Below, piece by piece: positions 9,233 to 18,155 of a stretch of 64,000 nt of DNA (the first letter of the stretch is position 1; the number at the start of each line of letters is the position of its first letter). Location: assembly GCA_963801165.1 (NCBI GenBank), contig CAWDDT010000009.1, positions 160,001-224,000 of the forward strand, in the 5' to 3' direction. Both the position numbers and the translations under genes were made by a program. The notes under the pieces are model-generated. The model had not been told where the DNA came from. It searched no databases and was given only the letters and a program-made list of their open reading frames with translations. This DNA is from an uncultured bacterium. Lineage in GTDB: Bacteria > Actinomycetota > Acidimicrobiia > Spongiisociales > UBA5794.

Positions 9233-10392
9233 AATCAGCCATACAACCGAGACGGTGGGGTCGGGTCTCTCGATACCTGACGGTGCTCATTGTCTTTTTG
9301 CTCGGTGTCGCCCCTGCCCTCACCGCATCGGCCCGGCTCGAGATCACACAGGACGACATCAAGGCGGCAGAGGCCCACCGTCGCGAGGTCGGTGCTCAGC
9401 TGGATGCCGCCACCAAGGACTACGACACCGCGGTGAACCGGCTATACGATCTCCAGGACACCCTCGCCTCGCTGGGGGCGTCGCTCTCCAATCTGGAGCG
9501 AGAGCTGGCCGTCGCCCGGGTTGCGGCCCAGGAGGTCGCCGCCCAGCGCTACATGTATGCGGATTCGGGGCAGTCGGCTCTTCTCGAGGCCGCCACCCTC
9601 GACGACGTCAGCCTGCGCTCCAGCTATCTCGATCGACTCAGTCGCCAGGGGAGCGATGTCATATTGCGGATGTACGGGCTTCAGGACAGCTTCGAGCAGC
9701 AGCAGAACGCCGTTGCCGACACGGCCAGCGAGCAGGAGGCGACCAACGCCGAGCTGGAGTCTCTGGCCGCAGGCATCATGAGCCAGCTCGACGATGCCAA
9801 CAAGGCATATGACGACATAGTTGCGGCATACAACAAGCAAGAGGAAGAGCGGCGCGCCCGGGAGGAAGCCGCGCGGAAGGCCAGGGAGGAGGAGGCCGCC
9901 CGGCAGGCGGCGGCCGCGGCGGCAACGACAACGACAACGACGACGACGTCTGCCCCGTCCTCAGACTCAACGCCACCCCCGCCTAGCGGGTCGCTGGTAT
10001 GTCCGGTCGACGGTGCTGTGAGCTTCACAGATACCTGGGGTGCGCCCCGTTCGGGAGGGCGCACCCACCAGGGTGTCGACATGCTCGCCTCGCGTGGCAC
10101 CCATGTCGTGGCTATCGAGAGCGGCAAGATCAAGAGACTCGGCAACGGTGGTCTCGGTGGCATCACCGTCTGGCTCACCGGTAAAAGCGGGGACCTGTAC
10201 TACTACGCCCATCTCGATGGTTGGGTCGATGGGTTGAAGGCGGGACAGTCGGTCACTGCCGGCGAGTTGATCGGCTATGTCGGCAACACAGGCAACGCCC
10301 GCTACACGGTGACCCACCTTCACTTCGAGTACCACCCCGGCGGCGGCCACGCCGTTAACCCCACGCCCCTCGTCGCCAGCCTCTGTCGCTGA
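9229..10392 (+). CDS. Secreted coiled-coil + M23 metallopeptidase (murein hydrolase)
   Basis: Signal peptide, long heptad region, Thr/Pro linker, 'HQGVD', 'YYAHL', 'GNTGNA', 'HLHFE'. Confidence 0.92.
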   Translation: MKSAIQPRRWGRVSRYLTVLIVFLLGVAPALTASARLEITQDDIKAAEAHRREVGAQLDAATKDYDTAVNRLYDLQDTLASLGASLSNLERELAVARVAAQEVAAQRYMYADSGQSALLEAATLDDVSLRSSYLDRLSRQGSDVILRMYGLQDSFEQQQNAVADTASEQEATNAELESLAAGIMSQLDDANKAYDDIVAAYNKQEEERRAREEAARKAREEEAARQAAAAAATTTTTTTTSAPSSDSTPPPPSGSLVCPVDGAVSFTDTWGAPRSGGRTHQGVDMLASRGTHVVAIESGKIKRLGNGGLGGITVWLTGKSGDLYYYAHLDGWVDGLKAGQSVTAGELIGYVGNTGNARYTVTHLHFEYHPGGGHAVNPTPLVASLCR

Positions 10393-10405
10393 ACTAGGGA
10401 TCGGG

Positions 10406-10768
10406 TCACTCCGGGGCGAGAGCGTCCCATCCGTCAGGCCGGCGTTTCTTCGTTAGCTTGGAGACAACCAGGAGATACGACTCGTCGACTGCCTCCCGGA
10501 TCTCTTTGGAGGGGATGGCACCGTCGGTCCGTAGCGTGTTCCACCCGGAGCGGCCGATGTACGCCATCACCGAGGCTTCATCCGGGTACCTCAGCAGCCA
10601 CTCGTCGGCTTCGTCACGGTCGGCACCGCATTTCACGCCCACCGACTTTTCGCCGACGAACGCAAAGATCTTCGCATCCACCTTGGCAACCGTCGTGTCC
10701 TCCCACGGCTCGTCCCGCCAGGCCCCGGGCTTGGCGAGGCAATAGGCGAGGAGGTCTTCGTAGGTCAC
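10406..10768 (-). CDS. MmcQ/YjbR family DNA-binding protein
   Basis: 'YCLAKPGAWRDEPWEDTTVAKVDAKIFAF', 'VDESYLLVVSKL'. Confidence 0.88.
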   Translation of the reverse strand: MTYEDLLAYCLAKPGAWRDEPWEDTTVAKVDAKIFAFVGEKSVGVKCGADRDEADEWLLRYPDEASVMAYIGRSGWNTLRTDGAIPSKEIREAVDESYLLVVSKLTKKRRPDGWDALAPE

Positions 10769-10804
10769 GACGACGAACCTACTCGCCGGAGCCGGAACGG
10801 TGTA

Positions 10805-11176
10805 TCAGATGAAGTGGCCGATGATCTGGAAGAGAACAACGATCGCAATCACCGTCCAGAATCCGACGACGTAGGTCGCATACCCCTTTGCCACCTTGGT
10901 GACGACTCGAATCGGTGTTGAGGGGCTCTCGGAGAATGGGCTGGGGACCCGAACGAGAACTCGGCTCCGGAAGGACTTTGCGACCAGGATCGCGGCGACC
11001 ATGGTGAATCCGAACCCGACCGCGAACACCAAAAAGCTGAGCGGATGGGGATCCGTCACTATCGCTTCCACGAGAAACAGGAGTGCGATCGGCAGAGCGA
11101 GCCAGCGTCGCCGCCGGAACTCGTTGTCTGTGTCGCGCCGATGACCGTCGTCTGGATCACGAAATGTTCCGTTCAT
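10805..11176 (-). CDS. Hypothetical small membrane protein (paralog of C-terminal half of 11246-12097)
   Basis: Three hydrophobic segments; C-terminus aligns with neighbour; ATG lies 7 nt after an extended -10 (TG-A-TACGGT). Confidence 0.65.
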   Translation of the reverse strand: MNGTFRDPDDGHRRDTDNEFRRRRWLALPIALLFLVEAIVTDPHPLSFLVFAVGFGFTMVAAILVAKSFRSRVLVRVPSPFSESPSTPIRVVTKVAKGYATYVVGFWTVIAIVVLFQIIGHFI

Positions 11177-11245
11177 CTCCACCACCGTATCACGACGCCA
11201 TGCCGGCAATTACGGGCGATCGGTCTTCCAGGGTCGGTTGCCAGA

Positions 11246-12097
11246 TCAGAGATGCTCGATGAGAAACGTGGGTACGTCGAGAGCCGCGATCAGCGCCAAC
11301 AATCCAACGGCGTAGATGGCAAGGCCCTTCGCCACCATCGTGAGAACCCGAATCGGCTTCGACTGGCTTTCGGTGAAGCGAGTAGGGATACGAGTGAGGA
11401 CCCGCCGTCTGAGGTACATCACGGCAAAGACAACGGTCAGCACGGTGGCCGCAAGCCAGAGAGAACCTCCCAGGAAGGCCAGCGGCTGGTCGGTGGAAAG
11501 CAGAGCCACAGCTATCCAGATCGTTATATCCGCCGCCACGGCGAACACCAGGCGCATGCGATCTTGACGCTCACGATCGGATCTCGAGTCCTGCAATGGG
11601 TGCGTGCTTGGCATCTCATCACGACGCTTCGTTGCCAACTCGTGGCTACCGTCGTCCCCGCGGGCCAATGCAGCGCGGTGCATGATCTCGTTGGCCAGAG
11701 GTCGTTGCCAACCGGGATCGTGGAAGGGCATCAGAGATGCTCTGCCCGAATGGACGCCGACTTTCGAACCGTCGGTGAGGTACAGCTCCAGGAATCTAGA
11801 GCCGGCACGCCGGCCGGTGAACCGGGCGCTCGCTATCGACTCGTATCGGATCTGTTTCGTCGACAGAACCCGATACATAGACAGCTGAGATTCCCCGAGT
11901 ACGACCCGTTGTCTCAGGTTGAGTTGGATCCCGCCGGCAAGAAGGAGTATCCCCAGCACAGACCACGCGGCTGTGTTCTCTCTCCCCGGCATCAAGTCGA
12001 CGGTGCTCGTGACGATCCACAACGCACCGGCGAGCACGCCCACGCTCAGAATCGCACCGTTCCGGTACACCACGTCCGAACCTCGCACGTACTTCAT
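11246..12097 (-). CDS. Hypothetical membrane protein with probable bacterial PH-like domain
   Basis: Two TM, then 'RVVLGESQLSMYRVLSTKQIRYESIASARF...FLELYLTDGSKV' (bPH-like), then three TM. Confidence 0.6.
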   Translation of the reverse strand: MKYVRGSDVVYRNGAILSVGVLAGALWIVTSTVDLMPGRENTAAWSVLGILLLAGGIQLNLRQRVVLGESQLSMYRVLSTKQIRYESIASARFTGRRAGSRFLELYLTDGSKVGVHSGRASLMPFHDPGWQRPLANEIMHRAALARGDDGSHELATKRRDEMPSTHPLQDSRSDRERQDRMRLVFAVAADITIWIAVALLSTDQPLAFLGGSLWLAATVLTVVFAVMYLRRRVLTRIPTRFTESQSKPIRVLTMVAKGLAIYAVGLLALIAALDVPTFLIEHL

Positions 12098-12291
12098 GGA
12101 GCAACAACCAGAAGCCGGGGATCCCGCCGTGGATAATCAGATCTCATATCACCCAATGGTTGCGTCCTTCCCCTCGGATGCCTCGTTGGGGACGCCTCCT
12201 GTCGTTCATCGTATCACGACGCTCTGTCGGCACCAGCTGGCGTTTGGCCCTCTCCAAGCGTCTTGCACTCATGTGAACAATCCTTTACTCT

Positions 12292-12311
12292 GTGTAAAGA
12301 ATCTTTTACAC
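12292..12311. promoter_or_regulatory. Palindromic operator upstream of XRE operon
   Basis: GTGTAAA-gaatct-TTTACAC inverted repeat in an AT-rich patch directly before RBS AGGAG. Confidence 0.6.
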
Positions 12312-12323
12312 CAGGAGACCATC

Positions 12324-12821
12324 GTGCATTCTGAGGAAGTCCGTCTGCCCGACGACGACGAGCCCGTATCAATGGCAAAGGCGGAGCGAATCGCTTGGGC
12401 CTACCTGACGGCAGTGGTGATCATCTCCGGTGTCTACTTCATCGTCGTGATCTCCCGTGCCGTGTCGCAACCGATCGATCAAGTGTCGTGGGTGGCTCCG
12501 ATGCTGTTGGCGATCGGGCTGGGCGTGCTGGGCACGATTGTGGGTGCGATCATCGGAAGCGTGGTCGGTGGCATCGGGATCAAGCTCCGTGGAGGAGACG
12601 CGGCAGTCGAGTTCGCCTCCGACGCCCGTGATGAGGAGATCAGACGGGTCGGCGACCGCGCCTCGATGGGTGTTACCGCCGCCGGTTTCGGGGGGGCGCT
12701 CATCCTGGCGATGCTCGGTGCCGACACATTCTGGATCGGCAACGCGCTCTACCTGGCCGGTGCCGTCGGTGCGGTGGCAGAAACCGTCACCAAGATCCGG
12801 TTCTACCGGCGCGGCTTCTGA
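12324..12821 (+). CDS. Membrane protein co-transcribed with XRE regulator (DUF2178-like)
   Basis: Four TM segments, 'SDARDEEIRRVG'; AGGAG RBS before GTG; stop overlaps next start. Confidence 0.7.
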   Translation: MHSEEVRLPDDDEPVSMAKAERIAWAYLTAVVIISGVYFIVVISRAVSQPIDQVSWVAPMLLAIGLGVLGTIVGAIIGSVVGGIGIKLRGGDAAVEFASDARDEEIRRVGDRASMGVTAAGFGGALILAMLGADTFWIGNALYLAGAVGAVAETVTKIRFYRRGF

Positions 12822-13060
12822 TGACACCCAAGCCAACCCGCGTGACGAACCAGATCCGTGTCCTCCGATTCGAGGCCGGGGAGATGACCCAGGCCGAGCT
12901 CGCCAGACGGATCGGGGTCACTCGACAGACGATCATCGCCATCGAGCGCGGACGCTACTCCCCGTCGCTCGAAATGGCGTTCCAGATAGCCAACGTCTTC
13001 GAACGGCCGCTCGATGACGTTTTTCGCTACGACGACGGCCCAAACCGAGAGGAGCAATGA
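12821..13060 (+). CDS. XRE-family helix-turn-helix regulator
   Basis: 'NQIRVLRFEAGEMTQAELARRIGVTRQTIIAIERGRYSPSLEMAFQIANVF'. Confidence 0.95.
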   Translation: MTPKPTRVTNQIRVLRFEAGEMTQAELARRIGVTRQTIIAIERGRYSPSLEMAFQIANVFERPLDDVFRYDDGPNREEQ

Positions 13061-13737
13061 TGGACGAGATGAATCGCGCCGCTCGTCTGACCGGCCTCGC
13101 CTACCTGGGAATAGCCGTTTCCGCTTTCGTGGGCACACTGTGGATCCGCCCGCAGCTGTATGCGGCAGGCGACGCCGTAGCCACCGCGGCCAACCTCGTC
13201 GCTCACGAGGGACTTGCTCGGGTGGGGATCGCCGCCGATATCACCATGGTCCTCACCCAATGCCTGGCTGCGCTCTACTTCTTCAAGCTGTTTCGTGGGG
13301 TGAGCCTTTTTGCGGCCGGATCGCTGGCTGCATTTGCGTTCATGAACGGGGTCGTCGGTCTTGTCTCGGTCACGTTCTCAGCGGCCGCGCTGACGGAGGC
13401 GCTCGGCGGAGCAGCCTCCGCACCGGCCAACACGCTGGTGCTGTACCGTCTCACCGATGCCGTCTGGGACGCCGGCCAGGTCTTCTTCGGTCTGTGGCTG
13501 ATCCCGATGGGCTGGCTCGTCTTGCGTTCGGGGTTTGCATCACGTGTCCTCGGCTGGCTCCTCATCGTTGGCGGTGTCGGCTACATCATCAGTACCTATC
13601 TCGACTTCCTCTTTGCGGTCGGCGACACCGTTGCTACCGCGCTCATCGTCCCGGCCACGATCGGCGAGTTCTGGATGATCGGCCACCTGCTGAGCAAAGG
13701 GGTGCGCTCGCGCTCAGCCCGGGTGGCCGTTGACTGA
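13057..13737 (+). CDS. DUF4386 family membrane protein
   Basis: 'ARLTGLAYL', 'GDAVATAANLVAHE', 'VFFGLWLIPMGWL', 'TIGEFWMIGHLL.KG'. Confidence 0.85.
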   Translation: MMDEMNRAARLTGLAYLGIAVSAFVGTLWIRPQLYAAGDAVATAANLVAHEGLARVGIAADITMVLTQCLAALYFFKLFRGVSLFAAGSLAAFAFMNGVVGLVSVTFSAAALTEALGGAASAPANTLVLYRLTDAVWDAGQVFFGLWLIPMGWLVLRSGFASRVLGWLLIVGGVGYIISTYLDFLFAVGDTVATALIVPATIGEFWMIGHLLSKGVRSRSARVAVD

Positions 13738-13742
13738 AGCGG

Positions 13743-14882
13743 TCAGCCGAGTTGGGCAAGCTGCTCGGCGACCAGGTTGAGCCGGGCCGAGCAGCTGTCG
13801 TCGCGGATCGGGGGGAGAAGCTCCGACAGCGATTTGGCGGCAGCCAGAATGGCGACCGCCGACGGCGAATCCGGCTCAGCGGCGACGACCGGATTGCCGG
13901 TGTCCCCACCCTCGGCGACGCGGGGGTCGATCGGCACCCTCGCCAGCAGTTCGACCCCGAGATCGTCGGCAAGTGCCTGGCCGCCACCGGTGCCGAACAA
14001 TGCGTAGTGCTCACCGTCGGGTGTAGTGAATCCGGACATGTTCTCGATGACGCCGATGACAGGCATGTGGGAGCGGCGCGCCATGTCGGCCACCCGGGCG
14101 GCGACCTTCTGTGCGGCCAGCTGTGGTGTGGTCACGACGACCATCTCTGCCTGGGGCAGCAACCGGGCCAGTGCCATCTGTACATCGCCGGTGCCCGGCG
14201 GCATGTCGAGCAGGAGATAGTCGAGGCTCTGGTCCCAGCTGACGTCCCGCAAGAACTGCTCGAGCGCCTTGGACAACATCAGCCCTCGCCACATCAGGGC
14301 AGTGTCCTCGTCGTCGAGCAACAGACCCGTCGAGATCACATGAATACCGTGAGCAACCAGCGGGACGATCTTGCGGTCGTCGCCCGCCATGAGCCGTTGC
14401 CCGGTGAGCCCGAGGATGCGGGGGATGGAGAAGCCCCAGATGTCGGCGTCGAGAAGCCCGACCTGATGACCCTGCGCCCTGAGGGCAAGAGCCAGGTTGG
14501 CGCTCAGCGACGACTTGCCGACGCCGCCTTTCCCGCTCGAAATGGCGACCACCCTCGTGTTGGGGTGAACCATGGTCGGCTCAGCCTGATCCCTGGCTCT
14601 TCTCCGTGCCCGATCCATGAGCCCGGAGCGTTCCTCCTGGGTCATGGCCCCGATTTCGATCGTGACGTCCTCGACACCGGGCACCGTCTTCAACTTGCGG
14701 ACGGCTTCGTTCTCGATCTGGTCGCGCAACGGGCAGGCGGCGATCGTCAGCGCCACCCGCACCGTGACGTGGCCGCCGTCGATCCTTACATCTTTGACCA
14801 TGCCGAGATCGACGATGTCCGCGCCCAATTCCGGGTCGATGACCCGCTGTAGGGCTGTATAGATCTCCGTCATCTGAACCAT
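13743..14882 (-). CDS. mrp: Mrp/NBP35 (ApbC) Fe-S carrier ATPase with N-terminal DUF59 domain
   Basis: 'VIDPELGADIVDLGMV', 'TIAACPL', 'SSGKGGVGKS', 'DADIWGFSIP', 'DMPPGTGD', 'VIENMS'. Confidence 0.95.
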   Translation of the reverse strand: MVQMTEIYTALQRVIDPELGADIVDLGMVKDVRIDGGHVTVRVALTIAACPLRDQIENEAVRKLKTVPGVEDVTIEIGAMTQEERSGLMDRARRRARDQAEPTMVHPNTRVVAISSGKGGVGKSSLSANLALALRAQGHQVGLLDADIWGFSIPRILGLTGQRLMAGDDRKIVPLVAHGIHVISTGLLLDDEDTALMWRGLMLSKALEQFLRDVSWDQSLDYLLLDMPPGTGDVQMALARLLPQAEMVVVTTPQLAAQKVAARVADMARRSHMPVIGVIENMSGFTTPDGEHYALFGTGGGQALADDLGVELLARVPIDPRVAEGGDTGNPVVAAEPDSPSAVAILAAAKSLSELLPPIRDDSCSARLNLVAEQLAQLG

Positions 14883-14981
14883 GGTCAGAAGCGTAGACTG
14901 CCGGCGACGGCCTAAATGACCTATCGTCATAGTGGTAACTAGGTAATAGAATCCGTCCGGGCAGCAACATGTGGAGACAAC

Positions 14982-15338
14982 ATGATCACAAACGATGAGA
15001 CGACCACCCTCCAGGGCGTGACCCTGAGTAGCAACGCCGCCGCCAAGGTCCGTGAACTCATCCAGGCGGAGGGTGACGAAGCGCTCTCGCTGCGTCTCGC
15101 CGTTCGCCCCGGTGGTTGCTCCGGTTTCACCTACGACATGTACTTCGACGCCGCCATCGATGACACCGACATAGTCAACGAGACCGACGGCGTACGTGTG
15201 GTAGTCGACTCGGAGAGCGCCGCAATGGTTGGCGGTGCGACCATCGATTTCCGCGACGGCGGTCTCCAGGGCGCGGGCTTTGCCATCAACAACCCGAATG
15301 AGCAGCGTTCCTGCGGCTGCGGCCAGTCGTTCTGCTGA
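14982..15338 (+). CDS. HesB/IscA A-type Fe-S carrier
   Basis: 'LRLAVRPGGCSGFTY', 'NNPNEQRSCGCGQSF'. Confidence 0.95.
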   Translation: MITNDETTTLQGVTLSSNAAAKVRELIQAEGDEALSLRLAVRPGGCSGFTYDMYFDAAIDDTDIVNETDGVRVVVDSESAAMVGGATIDFRDGGLQGAGFAINNPNEQRSCGCGQSFC

Positions 15339-15393
15339 TCGAGCTGCGACTGATCGATAGCTGACGACCGGAGCGCCGCATTAGCCTGACGCC

Positions 15394-16131
15394 ATGACAA
15401 CACGTGGTGGCGGCTGTCTCAGGTTGATCCTCGGTCTGATCCTGATTCCTGTCCTCCTCGGAGGGCTTGCCTGGTTTCTCGCCGACCTCGATCGGGTACT
15501 CTCCCACGAGAAGGTCGAGGCTGTCGTCGTCGATCTCATTCCCAGCGTCGACTCGGACGGTGAGACCGTCTACGCGCCGGTCTACGAGTACGAGGTCGAC
15601 GGCAGCACGTACCGCTACCAGTCGTCAGTCAGCCTCGGTGGCGTGGTCGTTCCCGACATCGGTGACCCAAAGACGCTGCTGTACAACCCGAACGATCCGG
15701 CGGACGCCAGGGTCGACAATGTCTTCCTGCTGCTCTGGCTCCCCGGCATCATGGTTGTCCTCTCAGCGCTCGTTCTGTTTCTCCTGATATCCAGGTGGGT
15801 GCGACGGTCCTGGCGTGCTCGGGAAACGGAATGGCCCCAGCCGGGGCAAGCTTCGTCGCCACCCTGGTCCGCACCGCAGCAGCCTGCTGCAACCGGGAGG
15901 GAGACGATCACGGCCACCTTCATGGGCGTGGAAGCGTCACCGATGGACGAAGAGGGCCGGGTGCGGTACCGGGTGCGGGCTCGCACGGAAGTCGACGGTG
16001 AGTACCGTCGCTACGAGAGCAACTGGCTCGACGAGGATCCGACGCTAGGTCTGATGAAGCATGGCAACCAGGTGGAGGTACGCGTCGATCCCGACAATCC
16101 GACCGACTACGAGGTCATCATTCCTGAGTAG
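15394..16131 (+). CDS. DUF3592-domain membrane protein
   Basis: TM-'YAPVYEYEVDGSTY...IGDPKTLLYNPNDPADARVD'-TM, then a second OB-like module ending 'VEVRVDPDNPTDYEV'. Confidence 0.8.
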   Translation: MTTRGGGCLRLILGLILIPVLLGGLAWFLADLDRVLSHEKVEAVVVDLIPSVDSDGETVYAPVYEYEVDGSTYRYQSSVSLGGVVVPDIGDPKTLLYNPNDPADARVDNVFLLLWLPGIMVVLSALVLFLLISRWVRRSWRARETEWPQPGQASSPPWSAPQQPAATGRETITATFMGVEASPMDEEGRVRYRVRARTEVDGEYRRYESNWLDEDPTLGLMKHGNQVEVRVDPDNPTDYEVIIPE

Positions 16132-16159
16132 CCTGGCTTGCAACCTAGTGGAGGTCGCC

Positions 16160-16540
16160 ATGCCCAAGAAGATACTCGACGCACCAAGTGGCCCGAACCC
16201 GGTCGGTCCCTATTCGGTCGTCACCGAGGCCAACGGATTCGTCTTCGTATCTGGTCAAGGGGCTCTGGACCCGGCTACCAACACGCTTGTGACGGGCGGA
16301 GTCGAAGCCGAGACGGATCAAACCATGAAGAACATCGGTGCCATCCTCGGCGACGTGGGGCTTGGTTATGAGGACATCGTCAAAACCACCATATTCCTCG
16401 CCGACATGGGTGACTTCCCCAAGGTGAATGAGATCTACGGTCGCTACGTCGGCGACTCCAGACCGGCTCGCTCCACGGTGCAGGTGGCGGCTCTACCGCT
16501 CGGTATTCAGGTAGAGATCGAGGTCATCGCCGCCAGGTAG
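16160..16540 (+). CDS. ridA: RidA/YjgF enamine-imine deaminase
   Basis: 'PVGPYS', 'VSGQ', 'VKTTIFLADMGDF', 'PARSTVQVAALPLGIQVEIEVIA'. Confidence 0.93.
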   Translation: MPKKILDAPSGPNPVGPYSVVTEANGFVFVSGQGALDPATNTLVTGGVEAETDQTMKNIGAILGDVGLGYEDIVKTTIFLADMGDFPKVNEIYGRYVGDSRPARSTVQVAALPLGIQVEIEVIAAR

Positions 16541-16616
16541 CGCCGGTAGCGAGGAGGATCACCGCACACACTGCTACTAGCGTTCGAGGCACAGATTCCT
16601 CGAGGAGGTCCCTACC

Positions 16617-18132
16617 GTGAACCGCGATCAGATTCTGAGTTCGCTTGGACTGGTGGATGTCAATCCCGGTGCGTACGCCGCCGGATGGTTGGATACCGGT
16701 GGAGAGCCGCTTACCAGCTTCGACCCGACGACGGGTGAGCCAATCGCCTCGATCAACCAGGCGACGGTCGCCGACTACGAGAGCGTCGTGGCCAACTCGA
16801 TCGCGGTTTTCCGGGAATGGCGCATGATCCCCGCCCCCGAGCGCGGCCAGTACGTCCGCCGTCTCGCCAACGCTCTCCGCGAGTACAAGGAGCCGCTTGG
16901 AGCGCTCGTCTCGTACGAAATGGGGAAGATCAAGGCGGAGGGCGAGGGCGAGGTCCAGGAGATGATCGACATCGCCGACTTCGCCGTCGGTTTGTCGCGT
17001 CAGCTCTACGGCCTGACGATGACCTCGGAGCGGCCCCGCCATCGGATGTACGAGCAGTGGCATCCGCTCGGGCCGGTAGGGCTGATCACCTCGTTCAATT
17101 TTCCCGTCGCCGTGTGGAGCTGGAACGCGTCTGATTGCAGCGGTCTGTGGCGACACCGTCGTCTGGAAGCCGTCGAGCTCGACACCGCTCACCGCGGTTG
17201 CCGTCACCAACATCGCACGAGAGGTCATGGCGGGTTCCGGGTTCGAGGGTGTCTTCAGCCTCGTCATCGGGTCTGGGAGCAGCGTCGGTGACACGATGAT
17301 CAACGACCGCAGGGTGCCGTTGATCTCCGCGACCGGTTCGTGTGGGATGGGGGAGAAGGTCGGCACAGCTGTCGCCAAGCGGCTGGGCCGGTCGCTGCTC
17401 GAGCTCGGTGGCAACAATGCCATCGTCGTCATGGACGATGCCGACGTCGACCTGGTCACCAGAGGCGCACTCTTTGCTGCTGTGGGCACTGCAGGCCAGC
17501 GGTGCACGTCGTTGCGACGTCTGATCATGCAGCGCGGAATCTCAGATCAGGTGAGCAAACGTCTTGTCGAGGCGTATGCCAGAGTGCCGGTCGGTGATCC
17601 ACTAGAGGACGGTGTGCTGATGGGCCCGCTGATCAATCCGAAGGCAGTTGACACCTTCGCCGCCGCTGTCGGGATCGCCCGGGAGCAGGGCGGCGAGGTT
17701 CTCTACGGCGGCAATGTCCTCGACAGGGACGGCCACTTCGTCGAGCCGACCCTCATCAAGATGCCGGCGGGTGCTCCGATCCTCGAGGTGGAGACCTTCG
17801 CCCCGATCCTCTACATCATCGAATTCGACGATCTGAGCGAGGCGATCGCCATCCAAAACGGCGTCCAACAGGGGCTCTCGTCGGCGATCTTCACCGACTC
17901 TGTGAAGTCCGCAGAGCGGTTTCTCTCCCACGAGGGGTCGGACTGTGGCATCGCCAACGTCAACATCGGTACCTCGGGCGCCGAGATCGGTGGTGCTTTT
18001 GGTGGCGAGAAGGAGACCGGCGGTGGGCGGGAGTCCGGTTCGGACGCCTGGAAGGCGTACATGCGACGCCAGACGGTCACCATCAACTGGAGCGACGAGC
18101 TGCCGCTGGCCCAGGGGATCGAGTTCGGGTAG
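16617..18132 (+). pseudogene. ALDH7/piperideine-6-carboxylate (aminoadipate-semialdehyde) dehydrogenase with +1 frameshift near 17130 (pseudogene or sequencing error)
   Basis: 'GEVQEMIDIADFAVGLSRQLYG', 'FNFPVAVWSWNA' then one extra T before 'LIAAVCGDTVVWKPS'; 'LELGGNNA', 'GTAGQRCTS', 'GGEKETGGGRESGSDAWKAYMRRQT'. Confidence 0.88.
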
Positions 18133-18155
18133 CCGCGTGCTATCACCCCTCCGAC

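Noticed and set aside
9915-9985. ACA/ACG trinucleotide runs (also near 27255-27370, 47830-47905, 63220-63300) as contingency repeats
   Set aside because: In-frame, mixed codons encoding Thr-rich linkers of secreted proteins
15330-15390. IscA ending in Cys-TGA as a possible selenoprotein, given selAB nearby
   Set aside because: The TGA falls at the normal end after CGCGxSF, all three conserved Cys are present, another TGA follows four codons later and no clear SECIS hairpin was seen
17121-17140. Programmed frameshift in the aldehyde dehydrogenase
   Set aside because: No slippery sequence or stimulator, and no precedent I know of for this family
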